Assembly (NCBI RefSeq): GCF_902652985.1
Contig: NC_047028.1
Location: 28,582,001-28,646,000 of the forward strand
DNA length: 64,000 nucleotides
DNA from: Pecten maximus
Lineage: Eukaryota
Direction: 5' to 3'
Shown here in pieces: positions 51,937 to 64,000 of this stretch; position 1 is the stretch's first letter; each line of letters begins with the position of its first letter. The notes under the pieces are model-generated. The model had not been told where the DNA came from, made no database searches, and saw nothing but the letters and a program-made list of their open reading frames with translations. Made by a program: the position numbers and the translations under genes.

Positions 51937-52161
51937 TTAAGCCACTCTGTGTGCCTGAAACCCAGTGTATGTGTTGGTTGGATCGGGAAAATTAGTGCGA
52001 ATCCGCCACACACAGCAACTTGGCACCACTCGACGGTAGGCAGACTGACGCATATGTCTGTTATAGTCCTCTATTGGCTGTGCATGTCTGCCTAACATGT
52101 CTCGATGATATCCATTTCCTAGTGCTAAAACTATTGGGTCAAGGATCAGAGTGTCCATTTC
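51937..52161 (-). pseudogene. KolX / P2X7 ballast-like (nanor-like) last exon with an internal deletion
   Basis: tttcag|GAA acceptor; LDPIVL...NRHMRQSAYR-RVVPSCCVWRIRTNFPDPTNTYTGF matches the recalled R..AYR...IPSCCVW.IR..FP.P...YTGF signature. Confidence 0.8.
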
Positions 52162-52266
52162 CTGAAAACCAAAAATGCGTTTTCATACATTTTGTGAGTT
52201 GGACCTACCGGTATTGCATCGCGATGGCAATATCATTGATACTGACAAGTGACTTTTCAAGACAGA

Positions 52267-53605
52267 TTTTTAGCTTACCTGGCCCGAAGGGCTTATGCTA
52301 TGGAGCAGCGTCCGTCGTACGTCGTCCGTCAAATTTTTCTTTAAATTGCTACTAGTCTTAAAGTATTGAATGGATTTTCACAAAATTTGGTCAGGAACAT
52401 CCTTGGGGGAAGGGGAACAGAGTTTGTATACATTTTTACTCTGAACCCCCAGGGGCCTGAGGGGCGGGGCCAAATAGGGGAAATAGGGTTACTCCTTTAA
52501 ATCGCTACTAGTCCTAAAGTATTGAATAGCTTTTCCCCAAATTTGGTCAGGAACATCCTTGAGGGGAGGGGGAACAGAGTTTATATGAATTTTTACTCTG
52601 TACCCCTAGGGGCCTAAGGGGCGGGCCAAGTAGGGGAAATAGAGATTAGTCTTTTAATTGCTACTAGTCATAAAGTTTTAAATGGATTTTAACCAAATAT
52701 GGTCAGGAATATTCATTGGAGAAGGGGATCCGAGTTGGTATAAATTTTTACTCTGAATCCCCAGGGGACTGAGGAGTGGGGTCCGATAGGGAAAATAGGG
52801 GTTAATCCTTTAAATCGCTATTAATTATTAAGGTACGAATGGATTTTAACTAAATTTGGTCAGGAACATCCAGAGAGGAAGGGGGGAAAGAGTTTGTATA
52901 AATATTGAGGGGCCTGAGGGGCGGGGCCAAATAGGGGAAATAGATATTAGTCTTTAAAATGCTATTTGCCATAAAGTTTTAAATGGATTTTAACCAAATT
53001 TGGTCAAGAACATCCTTGGGAGAAGGGGAACCGAGTTTGGATAAAGTTTTACTCTGTACCCTCAGGGGCCTGAGAGGCGGGGCCAAATAGGGAAATAGGG
53101 GTTTATCCTTTAAATCGCTATTTTTCATAAAGTTCTGAATGGATTTGAACCAAATTTGGTCTGGAATATCCTTAGGGGAAGGGGGAAAGAGAGTTTATAT
53201 AAATATTGACCCTGACCCCCAAGGGGCCTGAAGGGAGGGGCCAAATAGGGGAAATAGAGATTTGAGTTTTAAATGGATTTGAACCCAATTTGGTCAGAAA
53301 CATCCGTGGTGATGGGGAACAGATTTTGCATAAATGGTTACTGTGACCCTCAATCCCATAACTATGTATGGTATCGCTGGGCATCAAGAGATAAACACAA
53401 TTCTTATGTAAAAATAGGCCAAAGGGTTTTTCCCACCCTAAGGGACTAAGGGTTTCTTTAAACACCATTATGGTGTAAAAATAATCCATATGGTCTTTCA
53501 GAGAGTACATTTTTGTATATGTATTAACAAATTGAACATGAACATTATTTTGACATTTGGTCAAATCCAACCAGGTGAGCGATACAGGCCCCATGGGCCT
53601 CTTGT
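52267..53605 (+). mobile_element. Non-autonomous Helentron/HINE (pearl/CvA-like) with about 7 central repeats of ~150 bp, inserted in the KolX intron
   Basis: 5' TTTTAGCTTACCTGG, CGTC microsatellite, repeats anchored on AAATTTGGTCAGGAACATCC, 3' CCAGGTGAGC plus hairpin AGGCCCCATGGGCCT. Confidence 0.85.
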
Positions 53606-53911
53606 ATAGTTGGTGCTGAAGTGTATACATGTAGGCCTATGTTTTGTAAATTTCAATGTATATCACAGAATTCAGTAATCTCTATACAAATATTTTCTTT
53701 GACCATTACATTCATACTGTATGTGTAATATTTCAACATCTTTCCTTATATGGAATAAGACCATACTGATAATGATAATTTATCATTAACAAAACAAATC
53801 TGAATGGGTGCAGCTTTGAAATACATGTGAATAAACAAAAGATTATGAAGTCAGTTGTTTTATTTTGTTTGTTTATGACAATATATTTTTTTCTGAGTAA
53901 TTACCAGTCTA

Positions 53912-54411
53912 NNNNNNNNNNNNNNNNNNNNNNNNNNNNNNNNNNNNNNNNNNNNNNNNNNNNNNNNNNNNNNNNNNNNNNNNNNNNNNNNNNNNNNNNN
54001 NNNNNNNNNNNNNNNNNNNNNNNNNNNNNNNNNNNNNNNNNNNNNNNNNNNNNNNNNNNNNNNNNNNNNNNNNNNNNNNNNNNNNNNNNNNNNNNNNNNN
54101 NNNNNNNNNNNNNNNNNNNNNNNNNNNNNNNNNNNNNNNNNNNNNNNNNNNNNNNNNNNNNNNNNNNNNNNNNNNNNNNNNNNNNNNNNNNNNNNNNNNN
54201 NNNNNNNNNNNNNNNNNNNNNNNNNNNNNNNNNNNNNNNNNNNNNNNNNNNNNNNNNNNNNNNNNNNNNNNNNNNNNNNNNNNNNNNNNNNNNNNNNNNN
54301 NNNNNNNNNNNNNNNNNNNNNNNNNNNNNNNNNNNNNNNNNNNNNNNNNNNNNNNNNNNNNNNNNNNNNNNNNNNNNNNNNNNNNNNNNNNNNNNNNNNN
54401 NNNNNNNNNNN
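53912..54411. other. Assembly gap (500 N)
   Basis: N run of round length. Confidence 1.
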
Positions 54412-55706
54412 TGTACAAGGTGAAAAAGACCAGGTGTTCTTGAACAGTAAGCGTCTCTATTTTGCTTGATTGGCAACGCGCGCCATACAAATCTAGGTGA
54501 AATAGGAAAGTCTCAAAATGGGATTAAGGCTGATGACAACGGAAAAAACTCGACATGCATCGAACACGTGTAGCTTCATATCGCACAATGAAAATGAATA
54601 TTTTAAATATGATCATGATTTCGACCATATAAAACACTCCCATTGGTCTTAATCTTACTGCATCTTTCGAAATAAATCAATGAACTAATGCGTTTCAGCA
54701 CGGATAACAAAATTAGATCAGTTTGAATCATAAGACTGCATTTGAATCAGGAATATGATTTTATTAATATGTCATTTGAAAAGATACATCCACTTATTTA
54801 GCTTGCATTCAATCTTAACTTTGTTTCGTTTTTAACTGCATATCTGCATTTTGCGTTGACCACTACATTGACCAATCACATACTTCATCTTGACCAGTAA
54901 CGCCACCTGTCGCGTCATATCCGGGTCCAAAACAAAATTAGACGGCTATGCCAAAAAATGAATAGGCAACTTTCACTATCTCCTGAGTTTTAATTGAATA
55001 TAAAGTGAATTATATTTATCCTGATTTAGCAAAGCGAAAGGAAGTTTTTTGTTTTATTTCTGTGAGTGAGTAAGTATATCATATCTCATGATCAGCTCTG
55101 AAATTAAAGCAGGCCCAACGAAGTATATGTATTGCTCCCACTCAATGGCCTTTATCATGAGTATGAATGCAATCGGAGTAACTAATAACAACAATCTATC
55201 AAATAAATACATGTAGCTTTCCTTTTGACAGTCAGTGTTATTTGACAATCATCAATGAGCTATATTTGCAATTAATTTTTGTTAAAGTTTCTTTAGTATG
55301 GCGTTTATCAAAACTGCCTTCACGAATTAGTTAAATTACGAAATATTCTAGGTGAATCGTTATGATATGCTGAAGCTGAGAAGATATAGTTAAAATTTTG
55401 ATTCGTTCATTTTGGTGTTGAATTTCCTCAGATACATTACAAATTCTTTTGATCTTGATAATAGATCGGTATTTTTTTTTTTTTTTGCAAAAAAAAGTAA
55501 CTTCTTTTTTTAAGTTTATGTTTCTGTGGAGTTATTTACATGTGTTTATTAATAGGTATGGTTGAAATATATATATAATCAGTGGCATAATTTAAGCTCA
55601 CAATTTTGACAGGAACTGACGGCAGAGAAAGTCGAGATGAAGAGTTATTGATAATAACAGTTTCGAGTTATATGATCAAAAGTCTGGCAGTCGATTCCTT
55701 TTTCTT

Positions 55707-55783
55707 CTACATCAGCACCAACTTACTGATGATCCCAGTGACAGTTATCCAGTACAGCATCCAGTCCAAGCTTGGTGAATTAC
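55707..55783 (-). CDS. Terminal exon of a second laccase paralog (GNSPSLDWMLYWITVTGIISKLVLM*); catalytic exon not in this window
   Basis: Same 77-nt length, same phase and same acceptor ttcttgtttattttcag as 30851-30927; adjacent intron 55790-56110 resembles 30440-30850. Confidence 0.8.
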
Positions 55784-56234
55784 CTGAAAATAAACAAGAA
55801 CGATATGTTATTACGTAACTAGGTTCGAGCTCTCTCGTGAAAGGAACACGCCACCAATCTCACGTCTCATACAACACTATTTTGATGCTATTAGCCTTTT
55901 ATGACGTCACAATAATTAAAAGTATTTGCTCGTCAATAAAATATGAATGACATGCATTCGACAAAAATAATAGCATATTCGTAGCTATGTCGTATGTAGT
56001 TAACTAAACATGTTCATCAGTTGTAATGAAGGCTCATGATCAAACACATTAAAAGCGCGTGACATATTGAATCATTGTAGACGTTAATGACATAGCCGTG
56101 CAGTAAAGAACATGTGTATCAAAGAAAAACAAAAGTTAGTTTAATAACAATGAAACATTTGTGATATTACGTGTACATCAACAAGGTGTCAACAACGTAC
56201 AACATACAATCACATTTCAGCAGTGTCGTGAAAA

Positions 56235-56774
56235 GGTTTGGTTTGGTTTGGTTTATTTTGTTTAACGTCCTAATAACAGCTAAGGTCATTTAAGGACGGC
56301 CTCCCGTGCATGCGACATGTATGTGTGTAGTGGGTGCGTATGTGTATTTTGGGAGACTGTAGTATGTTCGTGTTAATTCTCCTTGTGATAGGCCGGAACT
56401 TTTGCCGATTTAAAGTGCTACCTCACTGAAGCATACTGCCGAATACACCCAGCATCACACCCCCACCCGGTCACATTATACTGACAACGGGCAAACCAGT
56501 CGTCCCACTCCAAATATGCTGAGCGCTAAGCAGGAGTAGCAACTACCATTTTTTAAGACTCTGGTATGTCTCGGCTAGGGGACAGAACCAAAAGCCTTCC
56601 TCACAGGGGCGAACGCTCAACTAAAGGACAAAAGTGAGGCAGTGTCAAGTGAGACGTACGGTAGGAAGAAGAAAGTTGTTAAGAAAGAAAAGATAAGATC
56701 CCAAATTTAGTCGCCTCTTACGATCATGCAATGGGGGCAGCAGGTACAATTCTTACGCCCTACCTGCAGGGCAG
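56235..56774 (-). mobile_element. Meta-type SINE, copy 1
   Basis: tRNA-like segment, GTCAGTATAATGTGACCGGGTGGGG core, (AAACC)n tail shared with the SINE at 14960. Confidence 0.82.
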
Positions 56775-57532
56775 ATATTGACAGTAAAACAAGTAAATAT
56801 AAAGCAACCTATCATAAACGTAAACTTATCTTCAGGGGAAACAATATGGAGAAACTTTATTCATACATTCGACTTCTGACGGAACACACATGTGAAATAT
56901 GGGCAACTGCGGTACAACAAATTGCAATCTTATCAAAATCTAGATGGTCATTCTCAATACGTTTCATGTAACGTAGTGAGAATGACCATCTATATTTTAA
57001 TTAGATTGCGCAAATTGCTGAAATCTAGAGAAAATACCTTTAGAAGCTGCTAGGATTGTCACGGCTATTCTAAACAAAATATTATACAGCGAAACTGGTT
57101 GGCTACCATCGTATAAGATTCGAGGAGCGAGAAGTTTCCAGATTTGATAACAAAGGAACTGACTTTCTTACACACTTTTTACCAATGAAGCTGGAGATTA
57201 CTGCTCCGTATCATGCATGTAATGTATATTTACTGAGAGAACAACGTTTTTCGATTACAAGTTCATGTATCTCAGTGGTCTTTTTCTCTTTTCTCAAATT
57301 TTTGGATTATTTAGACATCTTTTAAATTTTCATTCTTTAAGCACTTTTAAAAGTAATGTAGAAAAGTAAATGTTTGTTAGCAACTATCTTAATGAACTTT
57401 TTTTTTATTATGGACAGTTTTTTATTGTATTCTCAGAAATCGAGCAAGCTTTCTAAATTATGATCTTATGATCAAATCTTATAGATACTGTTATGTGGAT
57501 ATCCCTGTGAAGATTGTTGTCGTTTCTTTCTG

Positions 57533-58049
57533 GTTTGGTTTATTTTGTTTAACGTCCTATTAACAGCTAAGGTCATTTAAGGACGGCCTTCCGTGCGTGC
57601 GACATGTATGCGTGTGTGTGTTTTGGGAGGCTGCGGTATATTCATGTTCAGTCTCCTTGTGATAGGCCGGATCTTTTGCCGATTTAGAGTACTACCTCAC
57701 TGAAGCATACTGCCGGAGACACCCAGCAGCACACCCCACCCGGTCACATTATATTGACAACGGGCGAACCAGTCGTCCCACTCCTAATTTGCTGAACGCT
57801 AAGCAGTAGCAGCAACTACCATTTTTAAAGACTTTGGTATGTCTCGGCCAGGGGAAAAAACCCAAAGCCTTCCCCACAGGGGCGAACGCTCAACTAAAGG
57901 CCAAAAGTGAGGCATTGTCAAGGGAGACATTAGGAAGAAGAAAGTTGTTAAGAAAGAAGAGAAAAGATAAGATCTCAAGTTTAGTCGCCTCTTACGATCA
58001 TGCAATGGGGGCAGCAGGTACAATTTTGTACGCCCTACCTACAGGGCAG
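57533..58049 (-). mobile_element. Meta-type SINE, copy 2, full length
   Basis: Same family as 56235; 12-bp TSD CGTTTCTTTCTG at 57521 and 58050. Confidence 0.88.
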
Positions 58050-58407
58050 CGTTTCTTTCTGATCTGTCCTTTATGTACAAGATGTGAAGGTAACATTACT
58101 TTACATAAACATTGTAGAGATGATCTAAATATCTCCCCTAAAAATAATTTAAAAAATGGCCAAAACTCGCAGCACTTCCTGGGAAGGTCGGTTCATTGAT
58201 CCACTCAAAAAACATCTTATCTGTATTTTTTAGTAATGACATAATGATGGTCCTTCTATCCCCCCTTTTATGTTTTGTTTAAGAACACAAAAGTTCGTAT
58301 TGTGTTTGTAATGCATGCTATTGTATTATTAAATGTCATCGCGTGACTAATGTTATGTAATTATATGTATATGCGACCTAACTCACTAAGGTGTAGAGTT
58401 TTTAAAA

Positions 58408-60460
58408 ACAAGAGATCCCAGAGGGATCTTGGCGCCCACCATTGAATGATCTTTATAGGTTCCATGTCAGATTGATCTTTTCTCTACTTTTCCCTTCCTC
58501 TAAGTCTTACCAATCTGTGTAAATTCAGAAACAGCCCTCTAGTACTTTTCAAACAAGGGGAACCTATATATAAAATTTAAGATTTAGCGATAATGGCTGT
58601 CTGTTGTTTTCGGATTGGTCCCAAAATGCAACACCAGGGACCAAGGGGAACCTACATATGAAATTTGAGAAAGATCCCTTCAGTACCTTCTGTAAAATAG
58701 CGATAACAAACTTCAATTGGACCTAAATACGAAAATTTGAGAAAGATCCCTTCAGTACTTTCTCAGAAATAGCGATAACAAACTTCAATTGTCAAAATCT
58801 AAGATGGCTGCCTGTCGGCCATGTTGTTTTCTGATAGGTCTCAAAATGTAATATGCATAACTAAGCACCAAGGGGAACCTTTATATGAAATTTGAGAAAG
58901 ATCCCTTCAGTACTTTCTCAGAAATAGCGATAACAAACTTCAATTGTCAAAATCCAAGATGGCTGCCTGTCGGCCATGTTGTTTTCCGATAGGTCTCAAA
59001 ATGCAATATGCATAACTAGGCACCAAGGGAAACCTACATATGAAATTTGAGAAAGATCCCTTCAGTACTTTCTCAGAAATAGCGATAACAAACTTCAATT
59101 GTCAAAATCCAAGATGGCTGCCTGTCGGCCATGTTTGTATTCCGATCGGTCTCAATATGCAATATGCATAACTAGGCACCAAGGGAAATCTACATATGAA
59201 ATTTGAGAAAGATCCCTTCAGTACTTTCTCAGAAATAGCGATAACAAACTTCAATTGTCAAAATCCAAGATGGCTGCCTGTCGGCCATGTTGTTTTCCGA
59301 TAGGTCTCAAAATGCAATATGCATAACTAGGCACCAAGGGAAACATACATATGAAATTTGAGAAAGATCCCTTCAGTACTTTCTCAGAAATAGCGAAAAC
59401 AAACTTCAATTGTCAAAATCCAAGATGGCTGCCTGTCGGCCATGTTGTTTTCCGATTGGTCTCAAAATGCATTATACATAACTAGGCACCAAGGGGAATC
59501 TACATATGAAATTTGAGAAAGATCCCTTCAGTACTTTCTCAGAAATAGCGATAACAAACTTCAATTGTCAAAATCCAAGATGGCTGCCTGTCGGCCATGT
59601 TGTTTTCCGATTGGTCTCAAAATGCAATATGCATAACTAGGCACCAAGGGCAGCCTACATATGAAATTTGAGAAAGATCCCTTCAGTACTTTCTCAGAAA
59701 TAGCGATAACAAACTTCAATTGTCAAAATCCAAGATGGCTGCCTGTCGGCCATGTTGTTTTCCGATTGGTCTCAAAATGCAATATGCATAACTAGGCACC
59801 AAGGGGAGCCTACATATGAAATTTGAGAAAGATCCCTTCAGTACTTTCTCAGAAATAGCGATAACAAACTTCAATTGTCAAAATCCAAGATGGCTGCCTG
59901 TCGGCCATGTTGTTTTCCGATTGGTCTCAAAATGCAACATGCATAACTAGGCACCAAGGGGAGCCTACATATGAAATTTGAGAAAGATCCCTTCAGTACT
60001 TTCTCAGAAATAGCGATAACAAACTTCAATTGTCAAAATCCAAGATGGCTGCCTGTCGGCCATGTTGTTTTCCGATTGGTGTCTCAAAATGCAATATGCA
60101 TAACTAGGCACCAAGGGGAGCCTACATATGAAATTTGAGAAAGATCCCTTCAGTACTTCTCAGAAATAGCGATAACAAACTTCAATTGTCAAAATCCAAG
60201 ATGGCTGCCTGTCGGCCATGTTGTTTTCCGATTGATCTCAAAATGCAATATGCATAACTAGGCACCAAGGGGAACCCACATATGAAATTTGAGAAAGATC
60301 CCTTCAGTACTTTCTGAGGATTAGCGATAACAAGAATTGTTTACGGACGGACGGACGGACGGACGGACGGAGGGACGGACGGAGGGACGGACGGACGGAC
60401 GACGGACCACGGACGCAGGGCGATTTGAATAGCCCACCATCTGATGATGGTGGGCTAAAA
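58408..60460 (-). mobile_element. Non-autonomous Helentron/HINE with about 12 homogeneous 155-bp central repeats and a (GGAC)n microsatellite
   Basis: Hairpin AAGAGATCCCAGAGGGATCTT at one end and TAGCCCACCATC...GATGGTGGGCTA at the other; GAAAGATCCC recurs every 155 bp from 58741 to 60293. Confidence 0.9.
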
Positions 60461-61779
60461 AACAACGTTATTAAAATTGCTTACTTGGATGAAGTTCTAT
60501 GTTTTAAATATTGTATTAGTTATTCAGGTTTCACACTCTATAGTTTAAAAGATAGTTAATGCACCAAAAAGAGAAATAATTGATTAAAATGACATGATTG
60601 ATGCTGTAACGGACGTGATTTGTCAAAAAGATAATAAGCTGAATATCTGCCAATATAGTTTAATGAACCTATCTGGGAGTTAAATTCGTGACCCACAACA
60701 TAAAGCATACCTATTGCATAGATAATATACTGTTGTATGGCTTTTATACGAAATACTAACAATTGACACAGTCTTGGCCCCACCTATGAGCATAAAAGTT
60801 CTGTCAGTACAGAAAAAAATCCTCTATCAACTGAAACTAAACTTAAAATGAGTTTACGATTCATATGTAACCAGACAGTAAAAAGTTACACAATAAGTCA
60901 TTAATTACTGTATTTTTATCACAAATATGTAACAGACATACAATGGACAATGTAACGGATGTGATGTAACAGATGTGACGATTGACAAATATTTTGTTGA
61001 TAATTCAAAGTTAAGTTACCACAAGAGAATAATACATCTTATTATAACAATAGGCAAGATAGATGAAAACTGGATATATAGTTCAATTTATCTTTCAATT
61101 GTTATTATCTTTTAAATCAATAAAGATTCCATGTTGTCAACTGTCATGTCCGTTACAGGTATAGGGAGATCCCGCAATATTTGTCCGAATATGGGACATG
61201 GCAACGTAAAAGCAAGTATTTTTGTTATAAATATAGCAAGTCAATTAACTCAAATTACATACTTTATTTGATTTTCAATGTCATACTTAAATGTCATGCG
61301 ATAAACAAAGGTTCCAAAAATGTTGATGTTAAAATGAACTTTACATGAAGACTTTCGATCACATCACCAGAAGGTAATCCATTACAAAATAAAATGTTCC
61401 TTTTCTAAGACCGTGTCTGTTTGTCCTCATATCAACTCTTGAGAAAACAACATGAAATTGATTGAATGATTAATGTCCAATGTTTTGTGCTATTGTGATT
61501 ATAACGTTTCCTCTGAATACATCATTCATTAAATGTGAACAACTGTCTCCGTTATAGAGGTGATCAACTCAATTTCAATTTCAACATATTTAATTGACAT
61601 GATGTTAAGTCAATAGGATTGGACATCAGGCATAGCCTATCTTAGTCCTTTCCTTATAATTAACAGATGGTAAACAAACACAGACCTATATACATATATG
61701 GAAGGTTGGTGAGGGTATCAGGGGAGGTAATTCCTTAATAATTACAAGGATTTATTAATTTTAACATTAAATAGTAACC

Positions 61780-63113
61780 CTTAGGATATTTAGTTTAGCT
61801 AATTGTTTTATTATTTACTAAATGAATATTCAAACATAGTGTATTTTGTAAAGTAGGTGTATCTATATGATGATATTGAGTTTTTTCCCCCAACAGATAC
61901 AGGCCATAAAGTCCATATGTTTAACACACAAGCCATCCACTGAAGAGGATCAAAATTCAATTTCATCCCATAGAAACATATTAAGTTAGTAGAGTTACAC
62001 CAACTCTTGAAAATAAAATGATTGTTTCAAAAAGACCTTCATAGGAATTACCTCACTTACATATAAGCACAAATTGACAATGACATTGGTACATAAATGA
62101 TTATGATGTGGATGATTTAAATGCTGTATAAGTACTATACGAGGATTTTGATATAAATTACATTCAAAGAAATAATGTGATATAGTTTCAACAGATTGAT
62201 TGCATTGACACATTGGAGATTCAATTAGATGATCATTAAAACGGTCGTAATTTAGATTACTTACGTTGTTTCTTAATTGGCATAGAATAATGTTTATATC
62301 ACGCCGGCCAGAATATTTAAATACATCAGTTGTAGTGGATATAATATGGTGATTGTTATTTAAAAGTTTTTAAAATTGATAAGTGGAGTGAATATTACTG
62401 ATTTCAGGAGCGAGTCTATTCATTTCATTTAACACGGATGGGAAAAAACTTTCAAAATAAGTTACTGTAGGACATAAAGGGGGGTCAAATAATCGAACTG
62501 TACGGAGTGGATATCTAACTAAGGTTTCATCATGAATATATGGTTCAATAATTTCTCTTAAGTAATCTGGGGTTTCATGTGAAGTACCTTTGCGTAAACC
62601 AGTAATTAATCTAGCAGCATCTAATTGAATTGATTCTAAGAGATTTTTTTGTATTTGTGAACAGTTATCCCAAACAACATCGGCATATTCAATAATTGGC
62701 CTAATGTAGGATGTATATATGGTTGTTAGAGACTTCCTATCAATTTTAGTTTTTAATAATCTTAAAATGTTTATTCTTTTTGAAGCTTTATCATATATAT
62801 TAGAAATGTGTTGGTTCCACTTGGCATCATCACTGAGTGTTAGACCAAGGTGTGTATGTAATTTATTTTCAGTAACTGGTTCATCATAAAAATTTACAGC
62901 AGGGTGATCTTTATTATTTTTTCTAGAAAATATTCTGTCTTAGCAGGATTAAATTTAATATCCCATTTATTAGCCCATTGTTTGATATTAATTAGATCAT
63001 TAGTGAGACTTTGAGCTATTTCAATGGGGTTATTATCACATACAGAGGTGTCATCTGCAAATAGTTTTATCTTATTAGAAACACAGTCAACAATATCATT
63101 AATATAGATTAAC
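61780..63113 (-). mobile_element. 5'-truncated CR1/L2-group LINE (RT C-terminal part)
   Basis: LIYINDI...IKLFADDT...QWANKWDIKFNPAKT, then HLGLTL...W..HI, IRPIIEYADVVWD and CQC...ETISHYFFEC, with frameshifts. Confidence 0.88.
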
Positions 63114-64000
63114 TCCCAGCTTGATTCTTCTTTCAAAGGCCAGCGATATAAGTTGGAATCTTTGGCGACTTTTACCATGTACTTTAAATGCACCTCATCC
63201 TGAATCTGCAAAATATCATTTGAGAATAGTTTCAAAGGAATATTTATATGTACATATTAATAAAGAAAATGTTAATTATGCATTATAGGCCTTTTCGCAA
63301 GGATTTAAAATTTGCGAATGATTCAGCGTAGCTTGAATGTTTGTTTTATGTTTTTGCAATGTATGTTAATTCGCAAAAAAAAATGTGTTGTGAATTGACA
63401 CGAAAATAAATTCCTCAAAATAAAGTGATTTACAGAAAAATATCTGAAAAGTAAGAAGCAATTAAGAATTAACTTATAAACAGTTCCTCATTGTTTCATT
63501 AAATACTGATTATAGCCTAACAAATAATGAAATTATGAAATTGTCAGTCTCATGCATAAGCTATCAACATCTGCATCAAGCCATTACAAATAATATCATG
63601 CAAAAGCTATTTGCAATAACTACATCTGCTTCAAGACACTACAGTTAATACCAAATTTTGGCAACAGGATTTATTTGAAGATCACTAGAAAACCTTCAGA
63701 ACCCTCAGTAAAGGAAATTTGTATGGAGTATAAAACATAAATTATCATCATGGGGCAAGGATCAGATAATTGGAAAAGTTACGGGCATCACGCACAACTT
63801 TTTAAAAGTTATCAAAACTCTTCCATTTTAGGCTTTGGTTAAAGCTTAAAACCCCTTCTTTTTGTTTGTCACCAGTAAAAGATAGTTTACTGTATCATTT
63901 TGAAAAGAAAATGCTTCAAAGTTGAAAAGGGAAAAAGTGATGGATGTAACATTGACAATTAAGATCGAGATTTTTTGCTAGTTATGGCATTTTTTTAACA

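Larger units (their letters stand above)
38165..53911 (+). mobile_element. Disrupted Kolobok DNA transposon hosting nested elements; right end not seen (probably in or beyond the gap)
   Basis: 5' end AGGGACATCACGAT; transposase N-terminal exon at 38407; transposase C-terminal exons at 51347-51913, convergent with a KolX-like exon at 52161-51937. Confidence 0.72.

Noticed and set aside
54412-55320. Similarity to 31330-31490 and 33560-33790 as evidence of a colinear paralogous 3' flank
   Set aside because: The two segments occur in swapped order relative to the first laccase, so they are more likely independent interspersed repeats

Overview
AT-rich, intron-containing animal genomic DNA. The repeat families (V- and Meta-type SINEs, Helentron/HINE elements with ~155-bp central arrays, Kolobok) suggest a bivalve mollusc; this is an inference. 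There are two 500-N scaffold gaps. (1) 1-18 kb: a complete IFT81 gene on + (13 coding exons, about 680 aa). It includes a 6-nt microexon, a candidate 33-nt cassette exon, and an exon whose splice acceptor has been tandemly amplified 21 times. A candidate small divergent gene shares its promoter. (2) 18-38 kb: a secreted, probably GPI/tail-anchored laccase-like multicopper oxidase (one 2-kb catalytic exon plus a 77-nt tail exon) lying between two ~4.4-kb inverted arms capped by 21-bp minisatellites. (3) 38-54 kb: a duplicate of the laccase promoter/leader exon, interrupted by a four-level nest: Kolobok (transposase plus KolX/P2X7-ballast-like gene) > Gypsy > Tc1/pogo-type MITE > near-intact Gypsy. 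(4) 54-64 kb: the terminal exon of a second laccase paralog on -, followed by SINEs, a HINE and a CR1-like LINE fragment. Family assignments come from recalled motifs; no searches were run.
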